DNA of 64,000 nt from Lysobacterales bacterium (GTDB taxonomy: Bacteria; Pseudomonadota; Gammaproteobacteria; Xanthomonadales; SZUA-5). The stretch covers positions 1-64,000 of the forward strand of contig JALHMH010000006.1 of NCBI GenBank assembly GCA_022844165.1, read 5' to 3'. Below, in pieces: positions 48,213 to 59,301 of this stretch (position 1 is its first letter; every line of letters begins with the position of its first letter). A program made the position numbers and the translations under genes. The notes beneath the pieces were generated by a model. The model did no database searches, was not told the origin of the DNA, and saw nothing but the letters and a program-made list of their open reading frames with translations.

Positions 48213-51002
48213 ATGATGCAACTTAGACGCAATCTATTGACCGTGGCGATCGCATCGGCAGTACTCATGGCGACCGGCAACGCGCACGCGCAGGACAATG
48301 CAGCCGGCGCCGACGCGGTCAACGAAACGCCTGCCCAGCGCCGCCAGCGCGAGGCAGAAGAACGCCGCGCAGCGCAGGAACTTGACGTCGTGCAAGTCAC
48401 TGGTATTCGCGGTGCGATCGAGAATTCCACGGCCATCAAGAGAGATCAAACATCGATTGTTGAGTCGATCTCCGCCGAAGATATCGGAAAACTGCCGGAC
48501 CAATCGATCGCCGAATCTATTGCTCGTTTGCCTGGGCTCTCCGCACAACGCGTGGCCGGTCGCGCGCAGGTGATCAGCGTTCGCGGGTTATCGCCGGATT
48601 TTGCGACCACCTTGTTAAATGGTCGGGAGCTGGTCAGCACCGGCGACAATCGCAGTGTCGAATTCGACCAATACCCGTCTGAGCTCTTTAGTGGCGTGAC
48701 CATCTATAAGACGCCGGATGCCGGCATAGTGGGCCAGGGATTGTCGGGCACCATTGACATGCGTACCGTCAGGCCCCTGGATTACAAGGATCCGGTGTTT
48801 GTGGTTGGTGTCCGTGGCCAGCGCAATTCCTTGGGCAGCGCGGCCGATGCCAGTGGCACGGGAAGTCGCGTCAACCTGAGCTACATCGGCCAATCGGAAA
48901 ATGGCAACTTCGGTTATGCATTAGGCATTTCGTATGCCGATACGCCAATTCAGGAAAACCAGGTGGGGTTGTATGAGCCGTGGCAGGCGATTGGTGCCGG
49001 TTGGCGCCCGGGCGTTCCAGCTGGCACGTTCTACTCGGACGGCATCAAAGCGTTGCGTCGTACTGGTTACACCGAACGTACGGGCCTGCTGGGAACGTTC
49101 CAATTGAATGCCACTGATACATGGACGAGCACGCTGGATGTTTTTTATTCGACAGCTGAACAAGAAGATACTGCCAATCAATTTGAAGTCAATCTCGGCG
49201 ATTACAATGGCGGTTTTGATCGCCTGAGCGTGACTAACCCGGTCATCAATCCCAACGGCACTTTTGTCGGTGGTACTGCGAACAACGTCTATCCGCTGGT
49301 TCGCGGCATGTACAACAAGCGCGACGACACCATCAAAGCGTTCGGCTGGACCAACGAGTTTACGCTCGACGATATTTTGCTGACGGCCGATATCAATTGG
49401 TCGAAAGCCGATCGAGATGAATTAAGTCTGGAGAGTAATACCCAAAGACGCGTTCCAACCCCGAGTCTCGACTCAATCGACCTGGTGTTTCGCAGCAACG
49501 GCTTTTCACAATTGACTCCGCGCCGAACGTACTCGAACCCGGCGGATTTATTTTTGGACAACACGATTTATGGTTCCGGTTACGGCAAGGTGCCGAGCGT
49601 GGAGGATGAGCTGACAGGCATTAAGCTGGCCGCCAATATGCCGGCCCCAGAATATTTCTCCATGCTGGCATCGCTTGATATCGGCGTTAATCGGGCTGAG
49701 CGCGACAAATCCAAGCGCCAGCCGGAGGGCCCTATCAACCTGGGCGCGCAAGGCCCGACGGCGATCGGCAGCGAGTTCCAGTTTCGGCCGGTTGATCTCG
49801 GTTTCGCGGGCTTGGGTACGATCCCGGCCTGGAACGTACCCGGTGCCGTCGCGCGCTATATGCGCTTCGAGCCGCGCGACGATCTGGACTTCCTGATTCC
49901 CAAAGCCTGGGACGTCAACGAGGTCATCACCTCGACTTGGCTGCGAGCAAATATCGACACGGTCTGGGGCGACATTCCGGTCCGCGGCAATGTGGGCGTT
50001 CAGGCGCAGCACGTCGACCAATCCTCTGAGGCCAATTACTTCGACCGAACGCGGCCGGTTGGACAGCAGATTCGACCCATTGGCGGCGGCAAGTCGTACA
50101 CCGACTTTTTGCCGAGTTTGAATTTGTCCTTCGAGATCGCCGAGAACCAGCAACTTCGCGTTGGGCTTGCACGCCAGGTCGCGCGTCCTCGGGTTGATCA
50201 GTTGCGCGCCTCACTGGAGTTTGGCGTCAATACGGCAACCGGCGAACCGGGCGGGGCTGGCGGCAATCCGCTGCTCGATCCGTGGTTGGCGAATGCGATC
50301 GACGTTTCGTGGGAGCGCTATTTCGAAGGCAATAAGGGCTATGTCGCGGCTGCCATCTTCCACAAGGACTTGCGCTCGTACATCTACACGCAAACTCTGG
50401 ACGGATATGACTTCCAGGATTTGCTGGTCGGATTTGTTCCGCAGCCCGGCACGCCGCCGGTGCGGCGCTTTGGCAATTTCACAGCGCCGGCCAATGGCGA
50501 AGGTGGCGGGCTAACCGGCCTTGAGCTGACAGCATCGATACCGCTGGAGATGATGAGCGCATCGCTGGAAGGCTTTGGCGTACTGGCGAACGCGAGCTTT
50601 TATAACAGCAGTATCACGGTCCGCGACCCCGAAAGTGCCTCCAGCGTTGGCGGTGGCGACATTGACCTGCCAGGGCTGTCGGATCGCGTGTTCAACCTGA
50701 CGGCCTATTATGAACGCGATGGCTTCGAGGCGCGCATCAGCCAACGTTACCGATCTGACTTCATTGGCGAGATCGGCAACTTCAATGGCAATCGAACCTT
50801 GCGCTACGTTGTCGGCGAGAGCATCACTGATGCGCAGGTGAGCTACGCGTTCAAGGGCGGGCTGGAAGGCCTGAGCGTATTGCTGCAAGCCAGCAATCTG
50901 ACGGACGAAGCGTATCGGACCTACGCCGGTTCGAAGGATCGGCCGCTCGAGTACATTGAGTGGGGCCGCACGTACTTGCTCGGCTTTAGCTATAAGCTCT
51001 AA
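48213..51002 (+). CDS. TonB-dependent receptor, probably carbohydrate-specific
   Basis: GGAGG SD, signal peptide, VQVTGIR, SAEDIGKLPD, GNPLLDP, NLTDE, GRTYLLGFSYKL. Confidence 0.94.
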   Translation: MMQLRRNLLTVAIASAVLMATGNAHAQDNAAGADAVNETPAQRRQREAEERRAAQELDVVQVTGIRGAIENSTAIKRDQTSIVESISAEDIGKLPDQSIAESIARLPGLSAQRVAGRAQVISVRGLSPDFATTLLNGRELVSTGDNRSVEFDQYPSELFSGVTIYKTPDAGIVGQGLSGTIDMRTVRPLDYKDPVFVVGVRGQRNSLGSAADASGTGSRVNLSYIGQSENGNFGYALGISYADTPIQENQVGLYEPWQAIGAGWRPGVPAGTFYSDGIKALRRTGYTERTGLLGTFQLNATDTWTSTLDVFYSTAEQEDTANQFEVNLGDYNGGFDRLSVTNPVINPNGTFVGGTANNVYPLVRGMYNKRDDTIKAFGWTNEFTLDDILLTADINWSKADRDELSLESNTQRRVPTPSLDSIDLVFRSNGFSQLTPRRTYSNPADLFLDNTIYGSGYGKVPSVEDELTGIKLAANMPAPEYFSMLASLDIGVNRAERDKSKRQPEGPINLGAQGPTAIGSEFQFRPVDLGFAGLGTIPAWNVPGAVARYMRFEPRDDLDFLIPKAWDVNEVITSTWLRANIDTVWGDIPVRGNVGVQAQHVDQSSEANYFDRTRPVGQQIRPIGGGKSYTDFLPSLNLSFEIAENQQLRVGLARQVARPRVDQLRASLEFGVNTATGEPGGAGGNPLLDPWLANAIDVSWERYFEGNKGYVAAAIFHKDLRSYIYTQTLDGYDFQDLLVGFVPQPGTPPVRRFGNFTAPANGEGGGLTGLELTASIPLEMMSASLEGFGVLANASFYNSSITVRDPESASSVGGGDIDLPGLSDRVFNLTAYYERDGFEARISQRYRSDFIGEIGNFNGNRTLRYVVGESITDAQVSYAFKGGLEGLSVLLQASNLTDEAYRTYAGSKDRPLEYIEWGRTYLLGFSYKL

Positions 51003-51438
51003 CGAGGCATCGCCTTAGACCGACGAGCATTGCTGGCTTCGTCCGACAGCGTGCTCGCCACAGCCCCGCGCTTGGAGTCTCGGTCAAGGCACGTTGTTGA
51101 GAAACGCACTTCCTGTGCGTTTCTCAAGTCGCGAGTCCGGCACATGTCCGGACTCGCTCTCCATGGATCAAACACTTACGTGCTCGATCCATGTGCGAAC
51201 CATCCATGGTTCGCGCCCGCAGGCTGTTTCTCAACAACCTGCCAGCAAGGCTTCGCCGCAACCCTGTCGAGTGTCGTGCGCTCGGATGCCGTCCCAGCGG
51301 CCCAGCCGCAGGTGGTTAGGCAGCTGGCAGCGCGTCAGCGCCTGCGCTCGCCTCGATTGACTCAAGGGGGCCGCAAAAGCCAAAGTCGCTCCGAAGACAC
51401 AGGCTCAAAGGCCAAGATCCGGCTGCATCAAGGCCTCT
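50999..51438 (+). repeat. Composite repeat cluster: module A (50999-51072), MITE B (51089-51245), degenerate A, module C (51351-51438)
   Basis: A is the near-exact reverse complement of 45745-45815; B matches 22238-22391; C ends AGATCCGGCTGCATCAAGGCCTCT. Confidence 0.85.
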
Positions 51439-51674
51439 GGCCATCTGAAGCTGCCGATCGATAGGATTCACTTCTCGGGTTTGAGATCTCGTGCGCGCTA
51501 TGCTCTTCTTGATCGTGCAGACTTGCGACGGGTCAGGCTTCCCCGACTATTGTTAAACGTCCACAACGCGTGCCGCCATACCAGCACGTATGGCGATGTT
51601 CGCCGAACTTCGCGCCTTTACTTGAGCGACGGCAATGCGCAGACTACGGCGCCTTCACGGTGCGATGGGTCGTC

Positions 51675-52109
51675 ATGGCCAGGCTGCTGCTACTGAACGG
51701 CCCGAATCTGAATCTGCTCGGTACGCGCGAACCGGAGATCTATGGTCGCGCTTCTTTGGCGGAGATCGAAGCGGAATTGCGCGCGATGGCTCAAGTTGCA
51801 GGCCATCAGCTCGATTGCCTGCAATCGAATGCCGAACATGTGTTGATCGATCGTCTGCATTTGGCTCGCGGCGACGGAACGCGTTTCGTATTGATCAATC
51901 CCGGTGCATTGACCCACACCAGTATTGCGCTGCGTGACGCGTTCGCCGCAGTCGCCTTGCCGTTCATCGAGTTGCACTTGAGTAATGTGCACGCGCGCGA
52001 AGCGTTTCGCCACCGCTCCTTTCTCTCGGATCTCGCCGTCGGCGTGATCACTGGATTGGGCATCGATAGTTATCGTCTTGCGCTGCGTGCAGCGCTTGCG
52101 CGTCTTTGA
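51675..52109 (+). CDS. aroQ: Type II 3-dehydroquinate dehydratase
   Basis: [47 protein letters not shown]. Confidence 0.97.
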   Translation: MARLLLLNGPNLNLLGTREPEIYGRASLAEIEAELRAMAQVAGHQLDCLQSNAEHVLIDRLHLARGDGTRFVLINPGALTHTSIALRDAFAAVALPFIELHLSNVHAREAFRHRSFLSDLAVGVITGLGIDSYRLALRAALARL

Positions 52110-52122
52110 CAAGGAAACACCC

Positions 52123-52599
52123 ATGGCTATGGACATCCGCAAGATCAAGAAACTGATCGAGCTGTTAGAAGAATCGAATCTCGCTGAACTCGAGATTCGT
52201 GAGGGCGAAGAAACCGTACGCTTATCGCGCTGGCCGAAAAACATCCCCATGCCGAGCGCGGCGCCAACGCTGATTCCCGTGGGTACGCCGACGGTGGCGC
52301 CGGCGGCAATGACCGCGCCCGCCTCGCCGCATGCGCCAGTTGCCCCAGCTGACCTGGCGCACGATGGCACCGTGGTTCGTTCGCCCATGGTGGGTACGTA
52401 CTACGCCGCGTCAGCACCGAACGCGCCACCATTCATCAAAGTGGGTCAGCAAATCAAGGTGGGCGATACCCTCGGCATCATCGAGGCGATGAAGATGTTC
52501 AATCCGATCGAAAGCGACGTCGCAGGCACCATCGTCAAGATCCTGGTTCAGAACGGACAACCCGTCGAATTCGACGAACCTCTGCTCGTGGTGCAATGA
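52123..52599 (+). CDS. accB: Acetyl-CoA carboxylase biotin carboxyl carrier protein
   Basis: [25 protein letters not shown]. Confidence 0.97.
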   Translation: MAMDIRKIKKLIELLEESNLAELEIREGEETVRLSRWPKNIPMPSAAPTLIPVGTPTVAPAAMTAPASPHAPVAPADLAHDGTVVRSPMVGTYYAASAPNAPPFIKVGQQIKVGDTLGIIEAMKMFNPIESDVAGTIVKILVQNGQPVEFDEPLLVVQ

Positions 52600-53951
52600 T
52601 GATCGAAAAAATCGTCATCGCGAACCGCGGCGAAATTGCGCTGCGTGTGTTGCGGGCCTGTCAGGCGCTTGGTATTCGCACGGTCGCTGTGCATTCCACT
52701 GTCGATCGCAATCTTAAGCACGTGGCGATGGCGGACGAGTCGGTTTGCATTGGACCGGCGGCGCCAAAGGACAGTTATCTCAATGTGCCGGCGCTGATCG
52801 CGGCGGCGGAGGTCACCGATGCGCAGGCGATCCATCCAGGGTATGGGTTTTTGAGCGAAAACGCAGACTTCGCCGAGCGCGTGGAAGAGTCCGGGTTCAT
52901 CTTCATCGGCCCGAAACCGGAGACGATTCGCCTCATGGGCGACAAAGTGTCGGCGATCACTGCGATGCGTGAAGCCGGCGTGCCATGCGTGCCCGGATCG
53001 GGCGCTCCGCTGGGCGACGATGCGATCGAGAACGCCCGTATCGCCAAAGACATCGGCTATCCGGTCATTATCAAAGCGGCGGGCGGCGGCGGTGGTCGCG
53101 GCATGCGCGTGGTGCACACCGAAATGGCGCTGATGAATGCAGTGGCGATGACGCGCGCCGAAGCGGCCAGTGCTTTTGGCAACGATCAGGTGTATTTGGA
53201 AAAGTACCTGGAAAATCCGCGCCATATCGAAATTCAGGTGCTCGCCGATACGCACGGCAACGCCATCCACCTGGGCGAGCGCGATTGTTCGATGCAACGC
53301 CGCCATCAGAAGGTCATCGAAGAATCGCCGGCGCCTGGGCTGACCCCCAAACAGCGCGCCGAGATCGGCGAAGTTTGTGTCGCCGCTTGTCAACGGATCG
53401 GTTATCGAGGCGCAGGCACATTCGAGTTCTTGTATGAACGCGGGCGTTTCTACTTCATCGAAATGAACACCCGCATCCAGGTCGAACATCCGGTGACCGA
53501 ACTGGTGACGGGTGTGGATCTGGTGACGGAACAAATCCGCATCGCTTCGGGGGAGAAGTTGCGCTACGAACAATCCGATATCGTGATGCGCGGCCATTCC
53601 ATCGAATGCCGCATCAACGCCGAAGACCCGAATACCTTTACGCCTTCGCCCGGTACCGTGACGCGCTACCACCCGCCGGGCGGCCCGGGCATTCGAATGG
53701 ACACGCACCTTTACGATGGCTACAAAGTGCCGCCGAACTACGATGCGATGATCGCCAAACTCATCAGCCACGGTCCGGACCGTGCCACTGCGATTGCGCG
53801 CATGCGCGTGGCGCTGAGCGAGCTGGTCATCGACGGGGTCAAGACCAACATCCCGTTGCAACAGCAGAACATGCTCGACCAGATGTTCCAGGTCGGCGGC
53901 TTCAACATTCACTACCTGGAACGTCGACTCGCAGAAGCGCGCAAGGGGTGA
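52596..53951 (+). CDS. accC: Biotin carboxylase
   Basis: [43 protein letters not shown]. Confidence 0.97.
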   Translation: MMIEKIVIANRGEIALRVLRACQALGIRTVAVHSTVDRNLKHVAMADESVCIGPAAPKDSYLNVPALIAAAEVTDAQAIHPGYGFLSENADFAERVEESGFIFIGPKPETIRLMGDKVSAITAMREAGVPCVPGSGAPLGDDAIENARIAKDIGYPVIIKAAGGGGGRGMRVVHTEMALMNAVAMTRAEAASAFGNDQVYLEKYLENPRHIEIQVLADTHGNAIHLGERDCSMQRRHQKVIEESPAPGLTPKQRAEIGEVCVAACQRIGYRGAGTFEFLYERGRFYFIEMNTRIQVEHPVTELVTGVDLVTEQIRIASGEKLRYEQSDIVMRGHSIECRINAEDPNTFTPSPGTVTRYHPPGGPGIRMDTHLYDGYKVPPNYDAMIAKLISHGPDRATAIARMRVALSELVIDGVKTNIPLQQQNMLDQMFQVGGFNIHYLERRLAEARKG

Positions 53952-54034
53952 GAGCCGGCGGCTTGCGCGGCATGCGGCGCGCCGGCTCGAACGCCCGCAA
54001 CTTGTTGCGGGCCGGGGCGGCGTCTGCGCGGCTG

Positions 54035-55657
54035 TCAATTCGGCGCGTGCACCGTGCCTCCGCCATCTGGGTGGACGCGCTGCGCGACCCGTGGATCGAT
54101 CGACTGACCACCAATCAGCTGGCTGTAGTCGATGTTCTTGGCGCTGAAGCGCTGCGGCAGCGCGCCTGGAAAGGGTGTGGCCGAAGCGCCGACGCCGTAG
54201 GGGTTGGTGTACCACACCGGCGGTCCACCCGCATTGCGCAACACGCCGGGCTGGAAGTACATGCCGCGGTTGAGCCCGCGAAAACCCGAGCGCGGATCGT
54301 TCCAATCGATGCCGGCGATCTGCCCAAAGTTCGTGGACCAGTCGCAAGGTCCCCCACGGCTCCGACGGTTCTGCGCCGATAACGAGAGGTCGTAACACAG
54401 ATCCATCGAATAGCCCAAGTTGGTTCCGGCCAGTTCTGGGCGCACCGTGTCATAACCGCGCAGCGCTTTGAGCGCCTCGGGATAGAAATAACGCGCTGCA
54501 TCTTGCACATCAAACAGGAGATTGATGCCCTCGACCAGCGCCTGCGGCGCGTTGCCGCGAACGCTCAAGCTTGCCGGCCACGCTTCGTAGAAATTGCCCG
54601 ACCATTGCCCAGGCGGAACCAGAAAGCCGATCTCCACGCATTGCCGCGTGATGATCTCGCGATCACCGGCCCCATCCGGGTAGTGCGGCGAAAACGCACT
54701 GTGCCCGACTTGGACAAAATCCTGTGGATCGCCGCGACGCGGCACGTTGCACATTGGCATGAAACTGGTGAACCCGGCAGCGCGGCCAAACGGTTGTAGC
54801 TGAGTCGTTGCGATCTTGCTGTTCTGCGGGTGGCTGTCGGGGCAGGTCGACAGGTCGTTGGGATTCGTGCATGCCGCCAGATCGCTGACGTGGCGGCAGT
54901 CGCTCAGATACATCACTTCATGCAAGTTGTGGCGGAACGCATCGGGCGTGCTGGTGCCCTGATGCGCTTTAGCCAGGAAAAAACAGCGCATGCCGGTATC
55001 GGCCGCAACTACGCCATTGCCGAGCCGACCGATCCACACGCCGCCGTTGGGCGCCGTGCTCATGTTGTGCGTGGCGATATCGGGCTCGCCGTTCGCCCAC
55101 TCGACCTTGTGGCCGACGTGATCCTCGTGGCGCATCGTCGGAATCTGGTTGGCCGCAAACCAAACGTCTGCCTGTTCGTTGGCGTATGCAAAGGGCAGCC
55201 CAGCGAGCGCTTCTTCGGCGGGATCCATCTGGTCATTGCCATTCGCATCCCAGAAATAGGCCCGTTGAATCTGTTTGGTTTTCCACAACTGCGACAGCTT
55301 CGGATCGCGACCGTGTTCGTGGCCAAAGGTACAGCTCTGCCCCGTGGCCGGATCGATCACCACCGGTGGATGCCAGGTGGGGTAGCGTTTGCCATCCGGA
55401 GCGACCACGAAAAAACTGTCGTGCAATTCGCGTGAGCAGGTGTCGTGAACCGGATGGGGGTTCCACAGCCCCATCGCATGGCTGTCCGGGGCGCCTTCGA
55501 CCAACTCGAAGCCGGCGCCGAATAGCCGGTCGCTGTTAGCGATTGCCTTGCGTTGCGACGGCGTACAACTGGCCGCTTCGATCGCCGCGATCTGTGGCGA
55601 TCGACCTGACCACGCGCCGATCGCAGCAGCACAAACGACAAGGGCGACACGCAACAT
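54035..55657 (-). CDS. Uncharacterized secreted His/Cys-rich protein
   Basis: Hydrophobic N-terminus; YPTWHPP, CTFGHEHG.DP, HEDHVGHK, AHQG, HNLHE. Confidence 0.75.
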   Translation of the reverse strand: MLRVALVVCAAAIGAWSGRSPQIAAIEAASCTPSQRKAIANSDRLFGAGFELVEGAPDSHAMGLWNPHPVHDTCSRELHDSFFVVAPDGKRYPTWHPPVVIDPATGQSCTFGHEHGRDPKLSQLWKTKQIQRAYFWDANGNDQMDPAEEALAGLPFAYANEQADVWFAANQIPTMRHEDHVGHKVEWANGEPDIATHNMSTAPNGGVWIGRLGNGVVAADTGMRCFFLAKAHQGTSTPDAFRHNLHEVMYLSDCRHVSDLAACTNPNDLSTCPDSHPQNSKIATTQLQPFGRAAGFTSFMPMCNVPRRGDPQDFVQVGHSAFSPHYPDGAGDREIITRQCVEIGFLVPPGQWSGNFYEAWPASLSVRGNAPQALVEGINLLFDVQDAARYFYPEALKALRGYDTVRPELAGTNLGYSMDLCYDLSLSAQNRRSRGGPCDWSTNFGQIAGIDWNDPRSGFRGLNRGMYFQPGVLRNAGGPPVWYTNPYGVGASATPFPGALPQRFSAKNIDYSQLIGGQSIDPRVAQRVHPDGGGTVHAPN

Positions 55658-55704
55658 GGCAAACTCCAGAGTCTTCGCCGCATCCAGTTTAGACGACGAG
55701 AGCC

Positions 55705-56343
55705 TTAACTTTCGTGGCGGTCGTCGCGCATTCCGGCCAAGACCAGATAGCGGCGGTGCGCAAGCGCTACGGCGGTTTGCAGGGCGTCCAACCCGGCGCG
55801 GTTGACGATCACGTCGTCGGCAGCCGTCAGCCGCTGCGCGCGGGTGACCTGCGCTGCGATCATCGCGCGCGCCAGCGTCGCATCGATCCCGTCGCGTGCG
55901 GTCAGCCGCTGCATTTGGCGATCGACATCGACATCGACATCGACGACGAGCACGCGCTCTACCCAATCGAACTGGCCGGATTCGACGAGAAGTGGCACGA
56001 CCAAGACCGCATACGGGCCAGCCGCTTTTGCTAGTCGCGCCACGGCCAGTCCACGAATTCGCGGGTGCAGAATGGCATTCAGGCGTTCGCGTTCGGCGGG
56101 TGCATCGAACACCCGCTGCCGCAGCGCTCGGCGATCGAGTGCGCCAGCGTCATCCAACACCCCTGGCCCGAACGCAGCTACCACGGCCGCCAGCCCATCG
56201 CTACCCGGCAACACCACTTCGCGCGCCAGCACGTCGGTGTCGACAATCGCCGCGCCAAGCTTGCCGAGCGCGTCGGACACGGCGGACTTGCCAGATGCGA
56301 TTCCGCCGGTGAGCGCTACGGTAAAGGGAAGCGTCTGGCGCAT
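55705..56343 (-). CDS. coaE: Dephospho-CoA kinase
   Basis: ALTGGIASGKS, DTD, LNAILHP, VPLLVE, RDG, ADDVIVN. Confidence 0.95.
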   Translation of the reverse strand: MRQTLPFTVALTGGIASGKSAVSDALGKLGAAIVDTDVLAREVVLPGSDGLAAVVAAFGPGVLDDAGALDRRALRQRVFDAPAERERLNAILHPRIRGLAVARLAKAAGPYAVLVVPLLVESGQFDWVERVLVVDVDVDVDRQMQRLTARDGIDATLARAMIAAQVTRAQRLTAADDVIVNRAGLDALQTAVALAHRRYLVLAGMRDDRHES

Positions 56344-56489
56344 GACGGCTCCGCAATCGAGTGTGAGGCCCACATGATCGAGCGCCGGTGCAAGAGACGC
56401 AACGCCGGCACTCCAATCTCCAGAGCCATCGTCAGGTGACCCAGCTACAATTGGCCCCACCCGCAGCTGCGAGAACACTTGCCGTGTCC

Positions 56490-57017
56490 ATGCGAAACCC
56501 GCTCCAGGAACAGTTGCTCAAGGCCGGGCTCGCGAAGAAGCAACAGGTCGATGCAGCCGCACGTGCGCAAGAGCGCCAACGCGACGGCAAGGCACCGGCC
56601 GCCGACAAAATCGATGCCGATAAGCTGCTTGCCGAACGCGCCGAGCGCGATCGGGCACTGGCCGCGGAGCGCAACGCCAAAGCACGCGAGCAGGAATTGC
56701 GCGCACAGATATTACAGATCATCGAAACGCACAAAGTCGCAATCAAAGGCGACTTGCCGTACCGCTTCCCCCATGGCGGCAAGATTCGCGAAATTCTGGT
56801 CGACGAACGCCTGCGCAAACAACTGGCCAGCGGTGCGCTGGTCGTCGTGGAACACGACTCGGGTTATGCACTGCTGCCACGCAACGCCGCCGATATGATC
56901 TACGAGCGCGGCGGCATCGCGGTACTCGACCACGGCAGGTCGCCTTCGAACACCCAGAATGCCGAGGACGACGAGTACTACAAGCGGTTCGTCGTGCCTG
57001 ACGACTTGATCTGGTAG
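56490..57017 (+). CDS. DUF2058 family protein
   Basis: LQEQLLKAGL start; Y...VPDDLIW end. Confidence 0.9.
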   Translation: MRNPLQEQLLKAGLAKKQQVDAAARAQERQRDGKAPAADKIDADKLLAERAERDRALAAERNAKAREQELRAQILQIIETHKVAIKGDLPYRFPHGGKIREILVDERLRKQLASGALVVVEHDSGYALLPRNAADMIYERGGIAVLDHGRSPSNTQNAEDDEYYKRFVVPDDLIW

Positions 57018-57071
57018 CGTGCGGTTGCCGTGCGAGCCAGGGGACGACGCGCAGCAAATTGGCGGACGGGC

Positions 57072-58025
57072 TCACATCACTTTGGCACGGTATTTTTTGT
57101 AGATCGGCAGTTCGTCGCCGAAGTACCCCCAGGGGACCCCCGCAACATACCCCTCGGTCAACGAAAAAGCCTGTTCTGCCCGTTTGACGTTCTTCGCCAG
57201 CACGAATTGAAAGGCGAAGACGTTTGCGCCCTGGCGTAACGCTGTACGATCAGTACCTTCGCAAAATTTCGCGAAAGCCTCTTCGACTTCTACTCGGACC
57301 TGCGGTCGATTCGCATAGTTGACCCGATCGTGCGCTTTATCCATGAAAATCGTCGCCTCGATATGAGCGAGCGGAATGAGAACCTGCAGCGCTGGCGAGC
57401 GTGGCGCGGATTGGCGAGCAAACGCGAACATCGCCTCGTCGCTTCCACCCCACTTCGCACAAAGAGAGTTCAACATCAATCGGTGTGCGCTGATGAGAGT
57501 AGGGGCCAAAGCGATGGCGTGCTCGAAAGTCGCACGTTTGTGGTCTTCTTTGGCTTGTTGACCCATCAAGACCCGTATCGACAAGGCCGAAGGCAAGGCG
57601 CTACCCGGATCCAGACGCTGAGCCTCGTCGAGGTCGGTTTCAGCAAGCGCCAGACGCCGAAAAAACTCCCGGAATTTTGCGGCGCCCACCTGATCAGCGC
57701 AGCCGCTGCCCCTCGCTTGCCAGGCCCAATGCGTGGAGTGAGCGCCCCGCACCAAACGCGCCAGCGCGGAACGGGGCCTTTGCAAAACCCAATGGTCGAG
57801 CCATTCGGGACGACCCTCCCAGTCGCTGCAGGCCTGGATCCAGTGGTCGAGTGTCTGCATATCGGGCGCCTGGGCCAACTGACGCTCGGCCGTTTCGAAG
57901 TCGCTCGCCGAGAGCGCAGCGCGAATCGAGGCCGCTTTGGAATCTCCCCATGTGATGTCGATCCTCGCCAATGGAAGTCGCTTCTTCAGCAGGATGGAAA
58001 AAAGCCACTCAACGAGTCCCAGCAT
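57072..58025 (-). CDS. DUF4034-like helical protein
   Basis: WAWQARGSG.A, L.AKWGGS.EAMFAFAR. Confidence 0.7.
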   Translation of the reverse strand: MLGLVEWLFSILLKKRLPLARIDITWGDSKAASIRAALSASDFETAERQLAQAPDMQTLDHWIQACSDWEGRPEWLDHWVLQRPRSALARLVRGAHSTHWAWQARGSGCADQVGAAKFREFFRRLALAETDLDEAQRLDPGSALPSALSIRVLMGQQAKEDHKRATFEHAIALAPTLISAHRLMLNSLCAKWGGSDEAMFAFARQSAPRSPALQVLIPLAHIEATIFMDKAHDRVNYANRPQVRVEVEEAFAKFCEGTDRTALRQGANVFAFQFVLAKNVKRAEQAFSLTEGYVAGVPWGYFGDELPIYKKYRAKVM

Positions 58026-58121
58026 CGTGCGCTCCGATTCGATCTGCTGCCTGATCCGCAGAATACCGGTGCCGCGTTGGGTGCGGCCCATTGCGAAAGC
58101 TGGATTGAGTTCTGCGCAGGG

Positions 58122-59300
58122 TCATTGCCGGCCCGATGTATCGCTGGCATTGAGGCGGTGCCTGAGCAATTCGAGTTCTTCATCGAGCATCGCGCGACTG
58201 GCGGCGTCGAAGGTGTGTCTGCGCAAATGATCGGCAACATTCCACTCGGTGCGCGCCGTTGCGGCATCACCGCGGTCCAAAGCAATCGCGGCGCGTAAGG
58301 TTGCGCATTGCGCAGTCATGTCGACCAAACCGCCCTGGCACTGCTGCAACCAGGCGGTAGCCAGGTCGAGCTCGCCCAACGCTTCGTGTGCCCAGCATGC
58401 GATCAATTGCGCACTGAACTGGCGCACGCCATCGGGGTTGGTCCAAAAGGCGGTTGCCAGGCGTGCCGCCGCATCGTGGGCTGCGGTATTGGCGTAGTCC
58501 TTGCGATCGAGCGCCTGGGCCAGTTGGCAGCGCGCAAATGCATCGCCGAGATGGGCGGGGAGTGTGGTTAGATCCAGATCCAATTCACGGGCCATGGGCC
58601 AATCCCGCGGGCGGACGCCGAGCATCGCCAGGCCCGCCATTCGGTTGAGTTGCATGATGGCTTTGGTTTCATCGCTGTTGTGCCATAACTTGAGCAGCTG
58701 GCGGCCGTCGGTACTCCATCCGCCGGAGACGAACGGTACAAGGTTGACCAGACCTAGGAACACGCCCGAGCCAAACACGGCGATGCCGATTGCAGCGGTA
58801 CTCCCGCTTGCATTGAACGCAAATGGCGCGGCAATTGCCGCAATCGCCAGATTCATCAGCGGACCACCGAACAGATAAATCGCGCTCTGTCGCACGGATT
58901 GTTCGCCATTGGGCGGCAACAAAATGGCGAACCCCCCGATACCCTGTATCGCCCGCGTCCAACGGAAGTGCCAGCGATCCGCACCGCGCTGCAATCGGAT
59001 CGGGCCCACACCAAGCGCAATTGGACGTAGACCCACGGCGATGCCAGCCAGCGCATGCCCCGCCTCGTGCAGAACAACCTGCAACCAGAACACCACGAGA
59101 AATCCAACAACAATCGATACCGCGACCAGCAGTCCATGGCCTTGCAGCGAGTGCACGGCAAAGTAGCCGACAGCCCCGCCGACCAGGCAACTGATCAAGG
59201 TCAGCACCACGCCAGGCAGGCGTTGATGGGGAGATTCGGCAGGCTTGGCCGGAATTGCCAGAGTGGCGGCGCCGATTCTGCGCTGATCTTCGTCGGACAT
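58122..59300 (-). CDS. M50-family membrane zinc metallopeptidase
   Basis: HEAGH in a TM segment, GGPLMN, NLVP...TDG; SD AAGGA lies inside the adjacent repeat. Confidence 0.85.
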   Translation of the reverse strand: MSDEDQRRIGAATLAIPAKPAESPHQRLPGVVLTLISCLVGGAVGYFAVHSLQGHGLLVAVSIVVGFLVVFWLQVVLHEAGHALAGIAVGLRPIALGVGPIRLQRGADRWHFRWTRAIQGIGGFAILLPPNGEQSVRQSAIYLFGGPLMNLAIAAIAAPFAFNASGSTAAIGIAVFGSGVFLGLVNLVPFVSGGWSTDGRQLLKLWHNSDETKAIMQLNRMAGLAMLGVRPRDWPMARELDLDLTTLPAHLGDAFARCQLAQALDRKDYANTAAHDAAARLATAFWTNPDGVRQFSAQLIACWAHEALGELDLATAWLQQCQGGLVDMTAQCATLRAAIALDRGDAATARTEWNVADHLRRHTFDAASRAMLDEELELLRHRLNASDTSGRQ

Positions 59301-59301
59301 A

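Noticed and set aside
50999-51438. Repeat cluster as a CRISPR array or attC cassette array
   Set aside because: No regularly spaced identical direct repeats with unique spacers, no cas or integrase gene, and no GTTRRRY/RYYYAAC ends.
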